Part shown: positions 18,998-29,753 of the stretch, in pieces
How the letters are laid out: each line of letters opens with the position of its first letter
Numbering within the stretch: the first letter of the stretch is position 1
The notes under the pieces: generated by a model
What the model was told of the DNA's origin: nothing
The model's database searches: none
The model's input: only the letters and a program-made list of their open reading frames with translations
NCBI GenBank assembly: GCA_963835195.1
Contig: CAWIEY010000016.1
Location: 172,198 to 236,197 of the forward strand
Source of the DNA: an uncultured Alphaproteobacteria bacterium
GTDB lineage: Bacteria > Pseudomonadota > Alphaproteobacteria > Rhizobiales > Xanthobacteraceae
Length of the DNA: 64,000 bases
Reading direction: 5' to 3'
Translations under genes and position numbers: made by a program

Positions 18998-19867
18998 ATG
19001 GCGGATCGAAAATGGTACACCGCAATCGGCGGCCGACAGGCGGGACCGTATTCGGACGAACAACTGCGCGCGCTCATCGCCAGCGGCAGGGTAACGGCCG
19101 ACACGCTCGTCTGGTGCACCGGCATGGAGAACTGGACCAAGGCCGAGGCCATTCCCGGCCTGATCGGGAATGCGCAGCGGCCGCCGCCGATCCCCTCGCC
19201 TGGCACCGCGCTGCCGCCGGGCGCAGCACTTGCCTTTTCGACCGACGTGCGGGTGTGGCCGCTCCTTGGCCGGTCGATCGTCGTCGCGCTCGCGCAGTTT
19301 TTGATTCTGCCGGCGCCGTGGGCGATGACCAGTTTTTATCGCTGGTTCGTTGAGCATTTGCAGGTGCCGGGACACCAGCGCGTGGCGTTCACCGGCAAGC
19401 CGGAAGATATCTGGTACATTTTCATGCTCAACGCGCTGTTGGGCTACGCCGGTTTAATTCATCATTACTTGCAATTCGCAGCCTTTTTTCTCGGGCCGCT
19501 GTTTCTGCTCATCATCGCGCGCTGGTTTGTGCGCAATCTCACTTGGGACGGGCAGGCCGCGCCGCTCCGCTTCACCGCAACTTATTGGCCGATGCTCGGT
19601 TGGAACGTGCTTCTGGTCATCTCCATCTTCAGCATCATCGGCTGGGCGTGGGTGTGTACGGCATGGGCGCGCTGGGCGTGCCGCCGGATCGAGGGCGGCG
19701 CGCGATCCCTTAAGTTCACGGCGAGCGGCTGGGGATTTTTGTGGCGCACGCTGGTCTTTGCTCTCTCCTGCGTTTTCATCGTGCCGATTCCGTGGACGTT
19801 CCACTGGTTGACACACTGGATGGTGTCGCAGCTCGCCCTTGGTGGCGGCAGCCAACAGCCGGCGTAA
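18998..19867 (+). CDS. GYF_2 (DUF4339) domain fused to a DUF898/YjgN-like multi-pass membrane domain
   Basis: MADRKWYTAIGGRQAGPYSDEQLRALIASGRVTADTLVWCTGMENWTKAEAIPGL, followed by several hydrophobic helices. ATG at 18998 lies inside ORF 18986-19867. Confidence 0.6.
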   Translation: MADRKWYTAIGGRQAGPYSDEQLRALIASGRVTADTLVWCTGMENWTKAEAIPGLIGNAQRPPPIPSPGTALPPGAALAFSTDVRVWPLLGRSIVVALAQFLILPAPWAMTSFYRWFVEHLQVPGHQRVAFTGKPEDIWYIFMLNALLGYAGLIHHYLQFAAFFLGPLFLLIIARWFVRNLTWDGQAAPLRFTATYWPMLGWNVLLVISIFSIIGWAWVCTAWARWACRRIEGGARSLKFTASGWGFLWRTLVFALSCVFIVPIPWTFHWLTHWMVSQLALGGGSQQPA

Positions 19868-19875
19868 TCTTTCGC

Positions 19876-19900
19876 GCCCCGCGTCAGCGGGGGCGGATAA
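19876..19900. terminator. Hairpin GCCCCGCGTCAGCGGGGGCGGATAA between convergent gene ends (same motif as 3485-3509)
   Basis: Stem CCCCGC/GCGGGG with loop GTCA. It sits in the 44-bp gap between stop 19867 (+) and stop 19912 (-). Confidence 0.35.
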
Positions 19901-19911
19901 CTGAAACCGAA

Positions 19912-20889
19912 CTACAGCCTGAACAGCTTCTCGGCATTGCCGTGGGCGATGCGCTGGCGGTCGGCGGCGCTGACCGGCAATTGCTCGAGAAAGGCGCACG
20001 CCGCCGCCATCGACTGATAGGGATGATCGGCCGAGAACATGATGCGCTCGACCCCGCCGAGTTCGAGCAGGAGGCTTAAAAACGTCGCCGGATAATTGAA
20101 GCCGCTGATGGTGTAGTGCACGTTGTCGCGCAGATAAGCGCTGATCGGACGCTTCAGCTTGGTGACCTCCGGCGCCATGACGTCAACGCGGCGGAACATG
20201 GCGGCCAGCCCTTCGCCGAGATGGCCGATGATGATTTGCAGCTTGGGGAAGCGGTCGAAGGCGCCGCCGAGGATCATGCGGATGAGATGCACCGCAGTTT
20301 CGATGTGCCAGCCCCAGCCGGGGCCGGCGAACATTTCCGTGACCAGCGGCGAGAAACCGCCGAATGAAGCCTCGATGACCGGCTGCGGCGGCCGCGTCGG
20401 ATGCAAATAGATCGGGACGCCGAGCTTTTCCGCGCATTCCAGGATCGGCCAGAAAAACTTGTCGTCGAGGTAGCGCCCGCGATGATGGCCGTTGATCACG
20501 GCGCCGGCGAATTTCTGTTCGCGCACCCGCCGCTCAAGCTCTTGCGCGGCTTGATCCGGCGCGGCGGTCGGCAGCGCGGCGAAGCCGCCGATGCGCTGCG
20601 GATTTTTTTTGATCGCCGCAGCAAGGTAATCGTTGGTGTCGCGGACCATCGCCAGCGCATCGGCCGCCTGCAATTGCTCGACGCCGGGCGCCGTCACCGA
20701 CACGATCTGCAGGTCAATGCCGGCAGCGTCCATGGCGGCAATGCGTTTGTCGCCGAGATCGCAGAGCTCGGGGATGAGTTTCTTGGCGCGCGCGTCGTTG
20801 AACTTTTCCGCCTGCTCCTTGAGGTCGCGGCCCGGACCATCGAGAAAGGCCGGAGTGGCAAAGTGCTCTTCGAGCGTAATGGTGCGCAT
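19912..20889 (-). CDS. Amidohydrolase family protein (ACMSD-type metal-dependent hydrolase/decarboxylase)
   Basis: MRTITLEEHFATPAFL, GIDLQIVS, YLHPTRP, GHLGE, MFSADHPY. Start at the internal ATG 20889. Confidence 0.75.
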   Translation of the reverse strand: MRTITLEEHFATPAFLDGPGRDLKEQAEKFNDARAKKLIPELCDLGDKRIAAMDAAGIDLQIVSVTAPGVEQLQAADALAMVRDTNDYLAAAIKKNPQRIGGFAALPTAAPDQAAQELERRVREQKFAGAVINGHHRGRYLDDKFFWPILECAEKLGVPIYLHPTRPPQPVIEASFGGFSPLVTEMFAGPGWGWHIETAVHLIRMILGGAFDRFPKLQIIIGHLGEGLAAMFRRVDVMAPEVTKLKRPISAYLRDNVHYTISGFNYPATFLSLLLELGGVERIMFSADHPYQSMAAACAFLEQLPVSAADRQRIAHGNAEKLFRL

Positions 20890-20971
20890 GACTTCCTCCC
20901 ACTCGCGCGCGCTTTTTCCGGCGCCGGTCATAAACCGTCCGCGCCAAAGCTACCAGAGGACGGCAATGCCA

Positions 20972-21889
20972 TCAGCCCCGCGAATTGCGCAACACGACGC
21001 AGGCCCCGCCGGCAGCGGTCAGCTTGGCGCACAATTTCTCGAGCGGGGCGCGGTCGTCGTCAGCGATGGTGATGATGTAGCGCTTGGCGAAGCCCATGCC
21101 CGGAATCTGCTTATGCAGTACAATCGGTTCGCGGTCGCCGATCAGGCGGGCATAGCGCTTCTGCACATCGCGGTAAATTTCCCAAGCCTTCGCCTCGGAC
21201 AAGTGGGCGGCAATCTCCACGCCCCAGCGCGGCACGTATGACGCGATCTTCTTCGCCTTTTCCGGCGGCGCCAGGATGAGATTGGCGAGCCGCGTGCACG
21301 GCACGCCCTGCGGGATGGTGGTTTCGGCGGCAGCCGGGGGCGACGGCGAGGCCCATTCGTCCGCGGTCCAGCCGGTGATGACGGCAACATAGTTGCGGGT
21401 CTCGCGGGGCAGCGCGTGCCTTCCGGCAAGCCACGCACTGACCCTGCCGGGGCCGGCATTGTAGCCCGCAGCCGCCAGTCCGAGGTTGCCGAAACGCTCG
21501 CGCAGCTCGCGCAGATAGCTTGCCGAGTGCTTCAGCGCTTCAATGGCGTTGAATGGGTCGGCAAGCCCGTGCCAATCCGCCGTGCGCGGCATGAATTGCG
21601 CGATGCCTTCGGCGCCCTTGCTGCTGACCGCAAGCGCGTTGAACCGGCTCTCCTGCCAGATCACCCGGGCGAAGAACTCGACCGGCAGTCCGTTTTCCGC
21701 CGCATCCTGTTCGACGGCGCGGCAGATGTCCTCGGCAGTCGGGGGATTGTGCGCCGCGTCCGGCTGCGACGGGCTCGTTGTCACTGGCTTGTCCGCCGCC
21801 GGCGGCGTCGCCCCCGCCTGCGCGTTGGCGCGCGCACAGACGAGCGCGAGCCCACACGCGAGCATCATCACCGTCGCGAAACGAGCCAT
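20972..21889 (-). CDS. Lytic transglycosylase (SLT domain) with C-terminal SPOR-like domain
   Basis: Signal peptide [26 protein letters not shown] blocks are [33 protein letters not shown] and [11 protein letters not shown]. The C-terminal part is [48 protein letters not shown]. Confidence 0.8.
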   Translation of the reverse strand: MARFATVMMLACGLALVCARANAQAGATPPAADKPVTTSPSQPDAAHNPPTAEDICRAVEQDAAENGLPVEFFARVIWQESRFNALAVSSKGAEGIAQFMPRTADWHGLADPFNAIEALKHSASYLRELRERFGNLGLAAAGYNAGPGRVSAWLAGRHALPRETRNYVAVITGWTADEWASPSPPAAAETTIPQGVPCTRLANLILAPPEKAKKIASYVPRWGVEIAAHLSEAKAWEIYRDVQKRYARLIGDREPIVLHKQIPGMGFAKRYIITIADDDRAPLEKLCAKLTAAGGACVVLRNSRG

Positions 21890-21991
21890 TGCCCTTTCAA
21901 CGCGGCAAACCCGCCGCGGTGCCGCCTCCCCTCTCCTCTCGTCGGAGGGTGATTGTCCGGCAGTTAACAAAGGGGGAAAATCCCCTCCAAA

Positions 21992-23911
21992 TTACGCGCC
22001 GAGGCCCTTGCCTTTCAGCGCCGTGCCGACCTCCTCGAGCACTTTCGGGTCCTCGATGGTCGCCGGCATTTGCCAGCTCTCGCCGTCGGCGATCCTCTTC
22101 ATGGTCCCGCGTAAAATTTTGCCGGAGCGCGTCTTCGGCAGGCGGCCGACGGTAATGGCGAGCTTGAACGCCGCCACCGGTCCGATCTTTTCGCGGATGA
22201 GCGCGACACATTCCTGCTCGATCTCGGAGGGCGGCCGGTTGACGCCGCTCTTGAGCACAATGAAGCCGCACGGCACTTCGCCCTTGAGCGCATCCTTGAT
22301 GCCGAGCACGGCGCATTCGGCGACGTCCTGATGTGAAGCGAGCACTTCCTCCATGCCGCCGGTGGACAGCCGGTGCCCGGCGACATTGATGATGTCGTCG
22401 GTGCGCCCCATGATGTAGATGTAGCCGTCGCCGTCCTTGTAGCCGGCGTCGGCGGTTTTGTAATAGCCGGGAAATTCGTCGAGATAGCTTTCGCGAAAAC
22501 GTTGATCGGCATGCCACAGCGTCGGCAGCGCCCCCGGCGGCAGCGGCAGCTTGACCACGATCGAGCCCATCGTGTCGGCGGCGAGTTCCTTGCAGGATTC
22601 ATCGACGATGCGCACGTCGTAGCCCGGCATCGGGACCGTGGCCGAGCCATATTTGACCGGCAGCGCGCCAAGCCCGACCGGATTGCCGGCGATGCACCAG
22701 CCGGTCTCGGTCTGCCACCAATGATCGAGCACGGGAATTTTAAGGAGATTCTCCGCCCAGATGACCGTGTCGGGATCGGCACGCTCGCCCGCCAGAAACA
22801 GCGTGCGAAATTTCGCCATGTCGTGCTGGGTGAGAAATTTGCCCTGCGGGTCCTCTTTTTTGATGGCGCGAAACGCCGTCGGCGCCGTGAACATGGCGAC
22901 GCATTTGTGCTCGGAAATCACCCGCCAATACGCGCCGGCGTCCGGCGTGCCGATCGGCTTGCCCTCATAGAGGATCGCCGTACAGCCGTGGAACAGCGGC
23001 CCGTAGACAATGTAGCTGTGGCCGACCACCCAGCCGATGTCTGAGGCCGCCCACCACACTTCGCCCGGTTCGACGCCGTAAAGATTTTTCATCGACCATT
23101 TGAGCGCGACCAAGTGGCCGCCATTGTCGCGCACCACGCCTTTCGGCTGCCCGGTGGTGCCGGACGTGTAGAGAATGTAGAGCGGATCGGTGGCGGCGAC
23201 CGGCACGCATTCGTAAACCGAGCGGGCGTAAATGAGCGAGTGATCGCGCATGGTCGCCCAGTCGTGGTCGCGGCCGGGAGTGAGCGGCGCCTCCGCTTGC
23301 GGTCTTTGCAGGATCAGGCAGGCGGCGGGTTTGTGCCGGGCGATTTCGATCGCCTCGTCGAGCAGCGGCTTGTAACGGACGATGCGGCCCGGCTCGAGGC
23401 CGCAACTCGCCGAGAGAATAAGCTTCGGCTTGGCGTCGTCGATGCGGGTCGCCAATTCGCGCGCCGCGAAACCGCCGAACACCACCGAGTGGATGGCGCC
23501 GATGCGCGCGCAGGCGAGCATGGCGATGACCGCTTCCGGCACCATCGGCATGTAAAGAATGACGCGATCGCCCTGCGCGACGCCAAGATCGCGCAGCATC
23601 GAGGCGAGCACCTGGGTCTCGGTCAACAGCCGATGGTAGGTGATGGTGTGCTTTACCCCGGCGAGCGGCGAATCGTAAATGATCGCAGCTTGGTCGCCGC
23701 GGCCGGCATCCACGTGCCGATCGACGGCGTTGAAGCACGTGTTGGTTACTCCGCCCGGGAACCAACGGCCGTAAATTCCGGCCTTTGGGTCGAAGACGGT
23801 CTTCGGTTGCTCGAACCAGTCGATCTCGGCGGCGGCCTCGGCCCAAAATCCTTGCGGATCGCGCTGCCAGCGCGCGTAGGCTTCGTGATAGCGGCTCGAA
23901 CGAGCGTCCAT
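21992..23911 (-). CDS. prpE: Propionate--CoA ligase (acetyl/propionyl-CoA synthetase family)
   Basis: [93 protein letters not shown]. 639 aa, intact. Confidence 0.8.
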   Translation of the reverse strand: MDARSSRYHEAYARWQRDPQGFWAEAAAEIDWFEQPKTVFDPKAGIYGRWFPGGVTNTCFNAVDRHVDAGRGDQAAIIYDSPLAGVKHTITYHRLLTETQVLASMLRDLGVAQGDRVILYMPMVPEAVIAMLACARIGAIHSVVFGGFAARELATRIDDAKPKLILSASCGLEPGRIVRYKPLLDEAIEIARHKPAACLILQRPQAEAPLTPGRDHDWATMRDHSLIYARSVYECVPVAATDPLYILYTSGTTGQPKGVVRDNGGHLVALKWSMKNLYGVEPGEVWWAASDIGWVVGHSYIVYGPLFHGCTAILYEGKPIGTPDAGAYWRVISEHKCVAMFTAPTAFRAIKKEDPQGKFLTQHDMAKFRTLFLAGERADPDTVIWAENLLKIPVLDHWWQTETGWCIAGNPVGLGALPVKYGSATVPMPGYDVRIVDESCKELAADTMGSIVVKLPLPPGALPTLWHADQRFRESYLDEFPGYYKTADAGYKDGDGYIYIMGRTDDIINVAGHRLSTGGMEEVLASHQDVAECAVLGIKDALKGEVPCGFIVLKSGVNRPPSEIEQECVALIREKIGPVAAFKLAITVGRLPKTRSGKILRGTMKRIADGESWQMPATIEDPKVLEEVGTALKGKGLGA

Positions 23912-24018
23912 GGCGTTTCTCCTCCTCTCGCGGCAGGCCGGCGAGAGGTGAATTCGATCGCGCCCATTGTCTGCGGCCGCGGCGCGTTTGCAAGCCGCGC
24001 CGCGGTCGCAGCTCCGAC

Positions 24019-24870
24019 ATGCAACACAAGGCTGGCGTCAAGGCGCGCACTTTGATCTATGTCACTTGCGCCTTCGCCACCAAACACAATTTTTCTGTGA
24101 TCACCGACCCATTGTTCTATCTGCTGGCCATTCCGGCCGTGACCTTGGTCGGGCTCGCCAAGGGCGGCTTCGCCGGGCTTGGCATGATCTCGACGCCGCT
24201 TTTGGCGTTGGTCGTTCCCCCGCTCGAAGGCGCGGCCATCCTGTTGCCGATCCTGATCGTGCAGGACTTCATTTCGCTGTGGAACTACCACCGCGCCTGG
24301 AGCGCCTGGAACCTGAAAGTGCTTCTTCCCGGCTCGGTGCTTGGGGTCGGCGCCGGCTGGGTGTTCGCCATCTATTTTTCCAACGCCGTGATCGAGCTGA
24401 CGGTCGGCGCAATCGCACTCGTCTTCGTGCTCCAGGCCTGGATCGGATCGTGGCGGCGCGCCCGTCGCGGCGAGCCACCGGCAAAACCGCGCCGTCCGCC
24501 GGCGGCGATGGGCATCGTCTGGGGCGCGCTATCGGGCTTCACCTCGACGCTGGTGCAGGTCGGCTCGCCGCCGTTTCAGATCCACATGCTGCCGCAGCGC
24601 CTCGACAAATTCACGCTTGTCGGTACGACGGTTATTTTCTTCGCGGTGCTCAATTGGATGAAGGTCATCCCATACCTGGCGCTTGGCCAATTCTCGCCGC
24701 GCAATCTCGCGACCTCCGCGGTCTTGTTGCCGCTGGCCATCATCACCAACTTCCTCGGCTTTTGGCTGGTGCGCAAAACACCGACCGAAGCATTTTACCG
24801 GTTTGCCTATCTGCTCATGCTGGTGATCGCGGTCGCGCTGTTGTGGCAAGGCGCGCGCGGAATTGTTTGA
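24019..24870 (+). CDS. Sulfite exporter TauE/SafE family membrane protein
   Basis: DPLFYLLAIPAVTLVGLAKGGFAGLGMISTPLLAL and a second GxxSGFTSTLVQVGSPPF half. The start is uncertain (ATG 24019 or GTG 24097). Confidence 0.75.
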   Translation: MQHKAGVKARTLIYVTCAFATKHNFSVITDPLFYLLAIPAVTLVGLAKGGFAGLGMISTPLLALVVPPLEGAAILLPILIVQDFISLWNYHRAWSAWNLKVLLPGSVLGVGAGWVFAIYFSNAVIELTVGAIALVFVLQAWIGSWRRARRGEPPAKPRRPPAAMGIVWGALSGFTSTLVQVGSPPFQIHMLPQRLDKFTLVGTTVIFFAVLNWMKVIPYLALGQFSPRNLATSAVLLPLAIITNFLGFWLVRKTPTEAFYRFAYLLMLVIAVALLWQGARGIV

Positions 24871-24965
24871 AGACAGGCGGGACTTGCCTTGGCCCCGGCC
24901 GCCGCCGATTGCCTATTCGCCATCGCCCATTTTTTCGCTAGGTTTGCCGCTCCCGGAGGCGACAG

Positions 24966-26592
24966 ATGGCGACCCCGTACGACACCGATCTCAACCGCAA
25001 CGCGGCGAATTTTCAGCCGCTTACACCGTTGTCATTTCTGGCGCGGGCCGCGGACGTCTATCCGGATGTCACCGCGATCGTGCACGGCAAGCGGTCGTGG
25101 AATTACCGGCAGTTCTATGCCCGTGCCCGGCAGCTTGCCTCGGCGCTCACCCGCCGCGGCGTCAAACGCGGCGACACCGTTTCGGTCATGCTCGCCAATA
25201 CGCCGGCGATGCTGGAGGCGCATTACGGCGTGCCGATGGCCGGGGCCGTGCTCAACACCCTCAACACACGGCTCGACGCCGCCATTCTCGGCTTTACGCT
25301 CGATCATGCCGAGGCCAAGGTGCTCATTGTCGATCGCGAATTTTCCAAGGTGATGAAAGAGGCGTTGAGCACCGCCAAGGCAAAGCCGCTCATCATCGAT
25401 TACGACGACCCGGAATTCACCGGCGCCGGCGAACGTCTCGGCAAGATCGAGTACGAGGAGTTGTTGCGCGAAGGCGATGCCGGCTTCGCGTGGCTGATGC
25501 CGGGCGACGAATGGGACGCCATCACGCTCAATTACACCTCCGGCACCACCGGCGATCCGAAGGGCGTCGTCTATCACCACCGCGGCGCTTATTTGCTGGC
25601 GCTCGCCAACGTCGTCACCTGCGACATGGGCAAGTATCCGGTCTATCTGTGGACGCTGCCGATGTTTCATTGCAACGGCTGGTGCTTTACCTGGACGCTG
25701 TCGGTTGTCGCCGGCACTCACGTCTGCCTGCGCGCGGTGCGCGCCGCGCCGATCTTCGACGCCATCGCCACTCACAAGGTCACGCATCTGTGCGGCGCGC
25801 CGATCGTGATGTCGACGCTGCTCAATGCGCCCGAACAAGAGCGCAAGCCCTTGCCGCACGGGGTCGAGTTCATGACCGCCGCGGCGCCGCCGCCGGAGGC
25901 GGTGCTTGCGGCGATGAAGGGCGCCGGTTTCAACGTCACCCATCTCTACGGACTGACCGAGACCTACGGGCCCGCGGCCGATCAACGACTGGCATCGCGA
26001 ATGGGAGGCGCTGCCTTCCTCGGAGCAGGCCGTGAAGAAGGCGCGCCAGGGCGTGGCCTATCCGGTGCTCGAAGCGCTCGACGTGCTCGACCCGGCAACC
26101 ATGCAGCGCGTGCCGCGCGACGGCGAGACTTTGGGCGAAGTCATGTTCCGCGGCAACGTGGTGATGAAGGGCTATTTGAAGAACAAAGCTTCGAGCGACG
26201 CCGCCTTTGCCGGCGGCTGGTTTCATTCCGGCGATCTCGGCGTCATTCATCCGGACGGCTACATCCAGCTCAAAGACCGCTCCAAGGACATCATTATTTC
26301 CGGCGGCGAAAACATTTCCTCGATCGAAGTCGAAGACGCTCTCTACAAGCATCCGGCGGTGGCGACCGTCGCCGTGGTGGCCAAGCCCGACCAAAAATGG
26401 GGCGAAACGCCGTGCGCCTTCGTCGAACTCAAACCGGGGGCCAAGGCCACCGCGGAAGAACTGATCGCCTGGTGCCGGCAAAATCTCGCCGCCTACAAAT
26501 GCCCGCGCTACGTCGTATTCGCCGAGATCCCGAAAACCTCGACCGGCAAGCTGCAAAAATTCAAACTGCGGGAGACGGCGAAGGCAATTTGA
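24966..26592 (+). pseudogene. AMP-dependent acyl-CoA synthetase; single frameshift near 25979 (pseudogene or assembly indel)
   Basis: LNYTSGTTGDPKGV and LYGLTETYGPA are in ORF 24966-26870. INDWHREWEALPSSEQAVKKARQG..GWFHSGDLG..ISGGENISSIEVE..PKTSTGKLQK continue in the frame of ORF 26032-26592. Confidence 0.85.
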
Positions 26593-26709
26593 CCGCGGCT
26601 AAAGTTAAAGTAGTCGTGCTATTAAACTCAGTTAGGTCCGGACCAGCGGTGACCAATAGTCTCCGCTTCGGCGCGCTTGCCAAGCAAAAATGTAAAAGTG
26701 TGCGGACTT

Positions 26710-27153
26710 TTACGCCGCTCGCGCGTCCTCCACGCCGACGACGAGCCGCTTTCCGAGCACCCGTAGCGCCGCTGTCAGCGCGGGCAGTTTGGTCGGATGT
26801 TTTGGATCAAGAATGCGGCGCACCTCCTTTTCATCCTTGCCAACGCGCCGCGCCAATTCCGTTTTGCTGATGCCGGCGCTTGCAAACGCTTCGAGCACGG
26901 CGAGCTTAGCGGCCACGTCAGGCGCTACTGAAACTTCGACAAGATTGCGACCCCTGGCGCGCGGTTTCGGCAAATCCTTGCCGCGCTCCAAATAGTTGAG
27001 CAGCACGAGGCCGAGCGATTCCTCGGCCATGGCGCGTGCGTCGGCAAGCCCACGACCCTGCGTGACAACCTCCGGCACGTCGGGAAAGCTGACGACAACA
27101 TTCCCGCGCTTTGCTCCAGGCTCGAACTGCGCCCGATACGTGTAAGCCTTCAT
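26710..27153 (-). CDS. hicB: HicB-family antitoxin with C-terminal HTH
   Basis: MKAYTYRAQFEPGAKRGNVVVSFPDVPEVVTQGRGLADARAMAEESL (HicB fold), then ISKTELARRVGKDEKEVRRIL (HTH). An RBS TAAGGAG precedes ATG 27153. Confidence 0.8.
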   Translation of the reverse strand: MKAYTYRAQFEPGAKRGNVVVSFPDVPEVVTQGRGLADARAMAEESLGLVLLNYLERGKDLPKPRARGRNLVEVSVAPDVAAKLAVLEAFASAGISKTELARRVGKDEKEVRRILDPKHPTKLPALTAALRVLGKRLVVGVEDARAA

Positions 27154-27164
27154 TGGTCCGCTCC

Positions 27165-27365
27165 TTAGTCCGCCAAGCCGAGCTGCTTGCGAATTTTCCT
27201 CGCGGTTTTCGGATCGATCTCGCGCGACGGCACGGTCGTCAGTCGGTCGCCGACAAAGACCATCATGTGCCCGCCCTTGCCACGCCACTTCTCCGTTCTG
27301 AATGTTAGTCCTTTGGCACGGACTTCATCGCGCAGCGCAGCAATGAATTTATCGCGCTTGTTCAT
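27165..27365 (-). CDS. hicA: HicA-family mRNA interferase toxin
   Basis: MNKRDKFIAALRDEVRAKGLTFRTEKWRGKGGHMMVFVGDRLTTVPSREIDPKTARKIRKQLGL, 66 aa. It sits immediately upstream of hicB. Confidence 0.7.
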   Translation of the reverse strand: MNKRDKFIAALRDEVRAKGLTFRTEKWRGKGGHMMVFVGDRLTTVPSREIDPKTARKIRKQLGLAD

Positions 27366-27388
27366 CGAGGCCGGGCGAAGAAAACAAG

Positions 27389-27412
27389 CTTTCGGACAAA
27401 AATGTCCGAAAG
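27389..27412 (-). promoter_or_regulatory. Perfect 10-bp inverted repeat CTTTCGGACA-AAAA-TGTCCGAAAG, candidate HicB operator
   Basis: Read directly from the sequence. It lies 24-47 bp upstream of the hicA start codon, in an AT-rich stretch. Confidence 0.45.
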
Positions 27413-27502
27413 TCAAGGTCAATACATGGCACTACGGCGTAAAACCCCACGTACCTGCCGCCTTAAGGGCGGCGGCAAATCAAAAAGTTGCGAACGAATC
27501 GA

Positions 27503-27682
27503 CTAATGGACGACCGCGTCTTGGCGGAGCCGCGTGATCTCGTCTTTGACGTAGAGCTTGCGCCGCTTGAGCTCGGCGATCTTCAAGCCGTCGATGGATG
27601 GATGAGAGAGTGCTTCGGAGAGTTCTTGTTCGAGTGCCCGGTGCCGTCTTTCCAGTTCCGCAAGATGCGATTCAATCGCCAT
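27503..27682 (-). CDS. DUF465 (YdcH-like) small coiled-coil protein
   Basis: MAIESHLAELERRHRALEQELSEALSHPSIDGLKIAELKRRKLYVKDEITRL. An AGGAGG RBS precedes ATG 27682. Confidence 0.75.
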   Translation of the reverse strand: MAIESHLAELERRHRALEQELSEALSHPSIDGLKIAELKRRKLYVKDEITRLRQDAVVH

Positions 27683-27879
27683 CTGGCTATCCTCCTTGCG
27701 TCCGATCAAACCTGACCCTAACCCCCAAGTCGGAAACGCCTCACCCAGACCGGGCGAAGCATACTCCCTTTTGCCGTGCGGCGAAAATCCCCTCTGTGTA
27801 CCGGCGCGGCGGACTTGTCGGAGATTAACCAAAACGCGATAATCCATAGGAGCTTATACCCCGCGTCCCTGGCCCCACC

Positions 27880-28113
27880 ATGCTCGAGACGCGAGCAAGG
27901 GCGGCGATGACAAAAGAGGAAGAGAGCGAGCTTCGGGCGCAACTTGCGCGCCTGCACCAAGAGCATCGCGACCTCGATGCCGCAATCGCGGCGCTGCAAG
28001 GATCTCCCGGCTCCGACATTATCCAGGTGCAGCGGCTGAAGAAGCGCAAGCTGCAGTTGCGCGACCGCATCACCTTCATCGAAGACCAGCTCACGCCCGA
28101 CATCATCGCCTGA
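27880..28113 (+). CDS. DUF465 (YdcH-like) small coiled-coil protein
   Basis: LRAQLARLHQEHRDLDAAIAAL..DIIQVQRLKKRKLQLRDRITFIEDQL. The start may be the internal ATG at 27907. Confidence 0.7.
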   Translation: MLETRARAAMTKEEESELRAQLARLHQEHRDLDAAIAALQGSPGSDIIQVQRLKKRKLQLRDRITFIEDQLTPDIIA

Positions 28114-28116
28114 ACG

Positions 28117-28840
28117 TCATTGCGGACTACGGCTCCCGAGATGACCGCTGCGCCGTGCCGCCTTACGGGCGTACATGTCGGCATCGGCGCGCGCGAGCAC
28201 TTCGGCGGCCGAATCGGTCGGGCCGCAAAACGCCACCCCGGCCGCAAGCTCCAACCGCCAGCGTCGACTTCCCCCACATTGTGGGCGTCGCGTAGGCGGC
28301 GGCTTCGAGCGCGGCCGCCTTCGCCCGCGCATCCGCCGCGCTGATGTTCCACAACAGCAGGGCAAATTCGTCGCCGCCAATTCGCGCCACGACATCGCAA
28401 GCGCGCACGCGGCGCGAAAGCTCGGCTGCAATCGCTTTGAGCACCACGTCACCCGCGGCATCGCCGTGACGATCATTGACCGGCTTGAAATCGTCGAGGT
28501 CGAGATAGATCAGAGCCGCAGTCGCGCCGTAGCGTTTGACGTAAGCCAACGAGCGTCTGAGTTCGCGCTCGAACCCGCGGCGGTTGAGTGTCTCGGTCAG
28601 CGGATCGACATCGATTTTTATTTCGAGCGCAGCGATGTGCTCGCGCGAGGCTTGCAGTTCCGCCGTTAGACGCTCGACTTCGGCGGCGAGCCGTCTCGCA
28701 GCGGAGCGCGAGGAGGATTTGGCAACCGCTGGTCCTGCCGTCGCGCGGCCGGGATCAACCGCCGGGCGTTCGGCCCGGCCCGCCCGCCGCGGCGCGGACG
28801 ATATCGGCGCGTTTGCTCTATGTGCCGGTTTCTCTCCCAC
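28117..28840 (-). pseudogene. Cytoplasmic coiled-coil + GGDEF diguanylate cyclase; one frameshift near 28258
   Basis: DPLTETLNRRGFERELR..LIYLDLDDFKPVNDRHGDAAGDVVL..VARIGGDEFALLL are in ORF 28163-28840. The C-terminal piece VAFCGPTDSAAEVLARADADMYARKAA is in ORF 28117-28476. Confidence 0.8.
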
Positions 28841-28944
28841 GCCTCTCCCGCCTGCGAATCACCCAAGCTTACCCCCGCGCGCCCGCGGCGGAATGACGCA
28901 TAGCCGAGAAATCACCAAGCGCTTGAGGCGCGTGGAGATTTCGT

Positions 28945-29661
28945 TCAGCCGGCCTGCACGAAGCCGACCGGCTCGATCCGCTCCGCGGAGAACAGCACGG
29001 CACTCAACGGGCCGCCAAAGACGGCGCCGGTATCGACATTAAGCCGGTTGGCGCGGAGATCCGGTTTGCCAGTCTCCAGAGGCGTGTGCCCATGGACAAT
29101 CAAACGACCATAATCGCGGCGGTCGGACAAAAAGGGTTGCCGAATCCAAATCAGGTCATGTTCGCGCTGCGCGTCGAGCGGCAGCAGCGGATTTACTCCG
29201 GCATGGACATAAAACCGGCGGCCGTCGTCGTAGCTCAAGCGCAGCGCACGGAACCAATTAAGGTTCGTTTCCGGTAAATCCTCGGCGCCCGCGACCCCAT
29301 AACTCCGCAACGTCGCCTCACCGCCCTGGCTCCGCCAATACGATGCCGGGGTGATGCCGTCGCAGACATCGAGCACCATGCCCTCGTGATTGCCCTTGAG
29401 CGCGACCATGCGTGATCCGAGGCGCGACTGCAGCTCCATCAGATAGCGAACCACTCCGGCGCTGTCGGGGCCGCGATCGATGTAATCGCCGAGGAAAACG
29501 AAGGTCAGCGGTGCTCCGGCCGCGCGCCGCTCGCAGCCGGCGATAAGCTCTTGCAGCTTGGATAATGAGCCGTGAATGTCGCCCACAGCGCAGAAGAAAC
29601 CATCCGCTTGCGGCAACCGCCCCTCTGGCGGCGGCGAATAATGGCTAGATTCAGGCGGCAT
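28945..29661 (-). CDS. Metallophosphoesterase (Ser/Thr protein phosphatase / ApaH-like)
   Basis: VGDIHGSLSKL, FLGDYIDRGPDS, LKGNHE, VHGHTP. Confidence 0.8.
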   Translation of the reverse strand: MPPESSHYSPPPEGRLPQADGFFCAVGDIHGSLSKLQELIAGCERRAAGAPLTFVFLGDYIDRGPDSAGVVRYLMELQSRLGSRMVALKGNHEGMVLDVCDGITPASYWRSQGGEATLRSYGVAGAEDLPETNLNWFRALRLSYDDGRRFYVHAGVNPLLPLDAQREHDLIWIRQPFLSDRRDYGRLIVHGHTPLETGKPDLRANRLNVDTGAVFGGPLSAVLFSAERIEPVGFVQAG

Positions 29662-29753
29662 TGTTCAGTCACCGTTCAAGCGATTAATGGGAACTTAGGG
29701 GCTTCGGGGTCAGTTTTGGGTGCAGTCACAAGGATATCAATCGAGGTGATGTT

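Noticed and set aside
26593-27502. Calling the HicAB pocket, or the 53.3-56.7-kb lower-GC islet, a mobile element
   Set aside because: No recombinase gene, terminal inverted or direct repeats, or tRNA target could be identified. Compositional deviation alone is insufficient.
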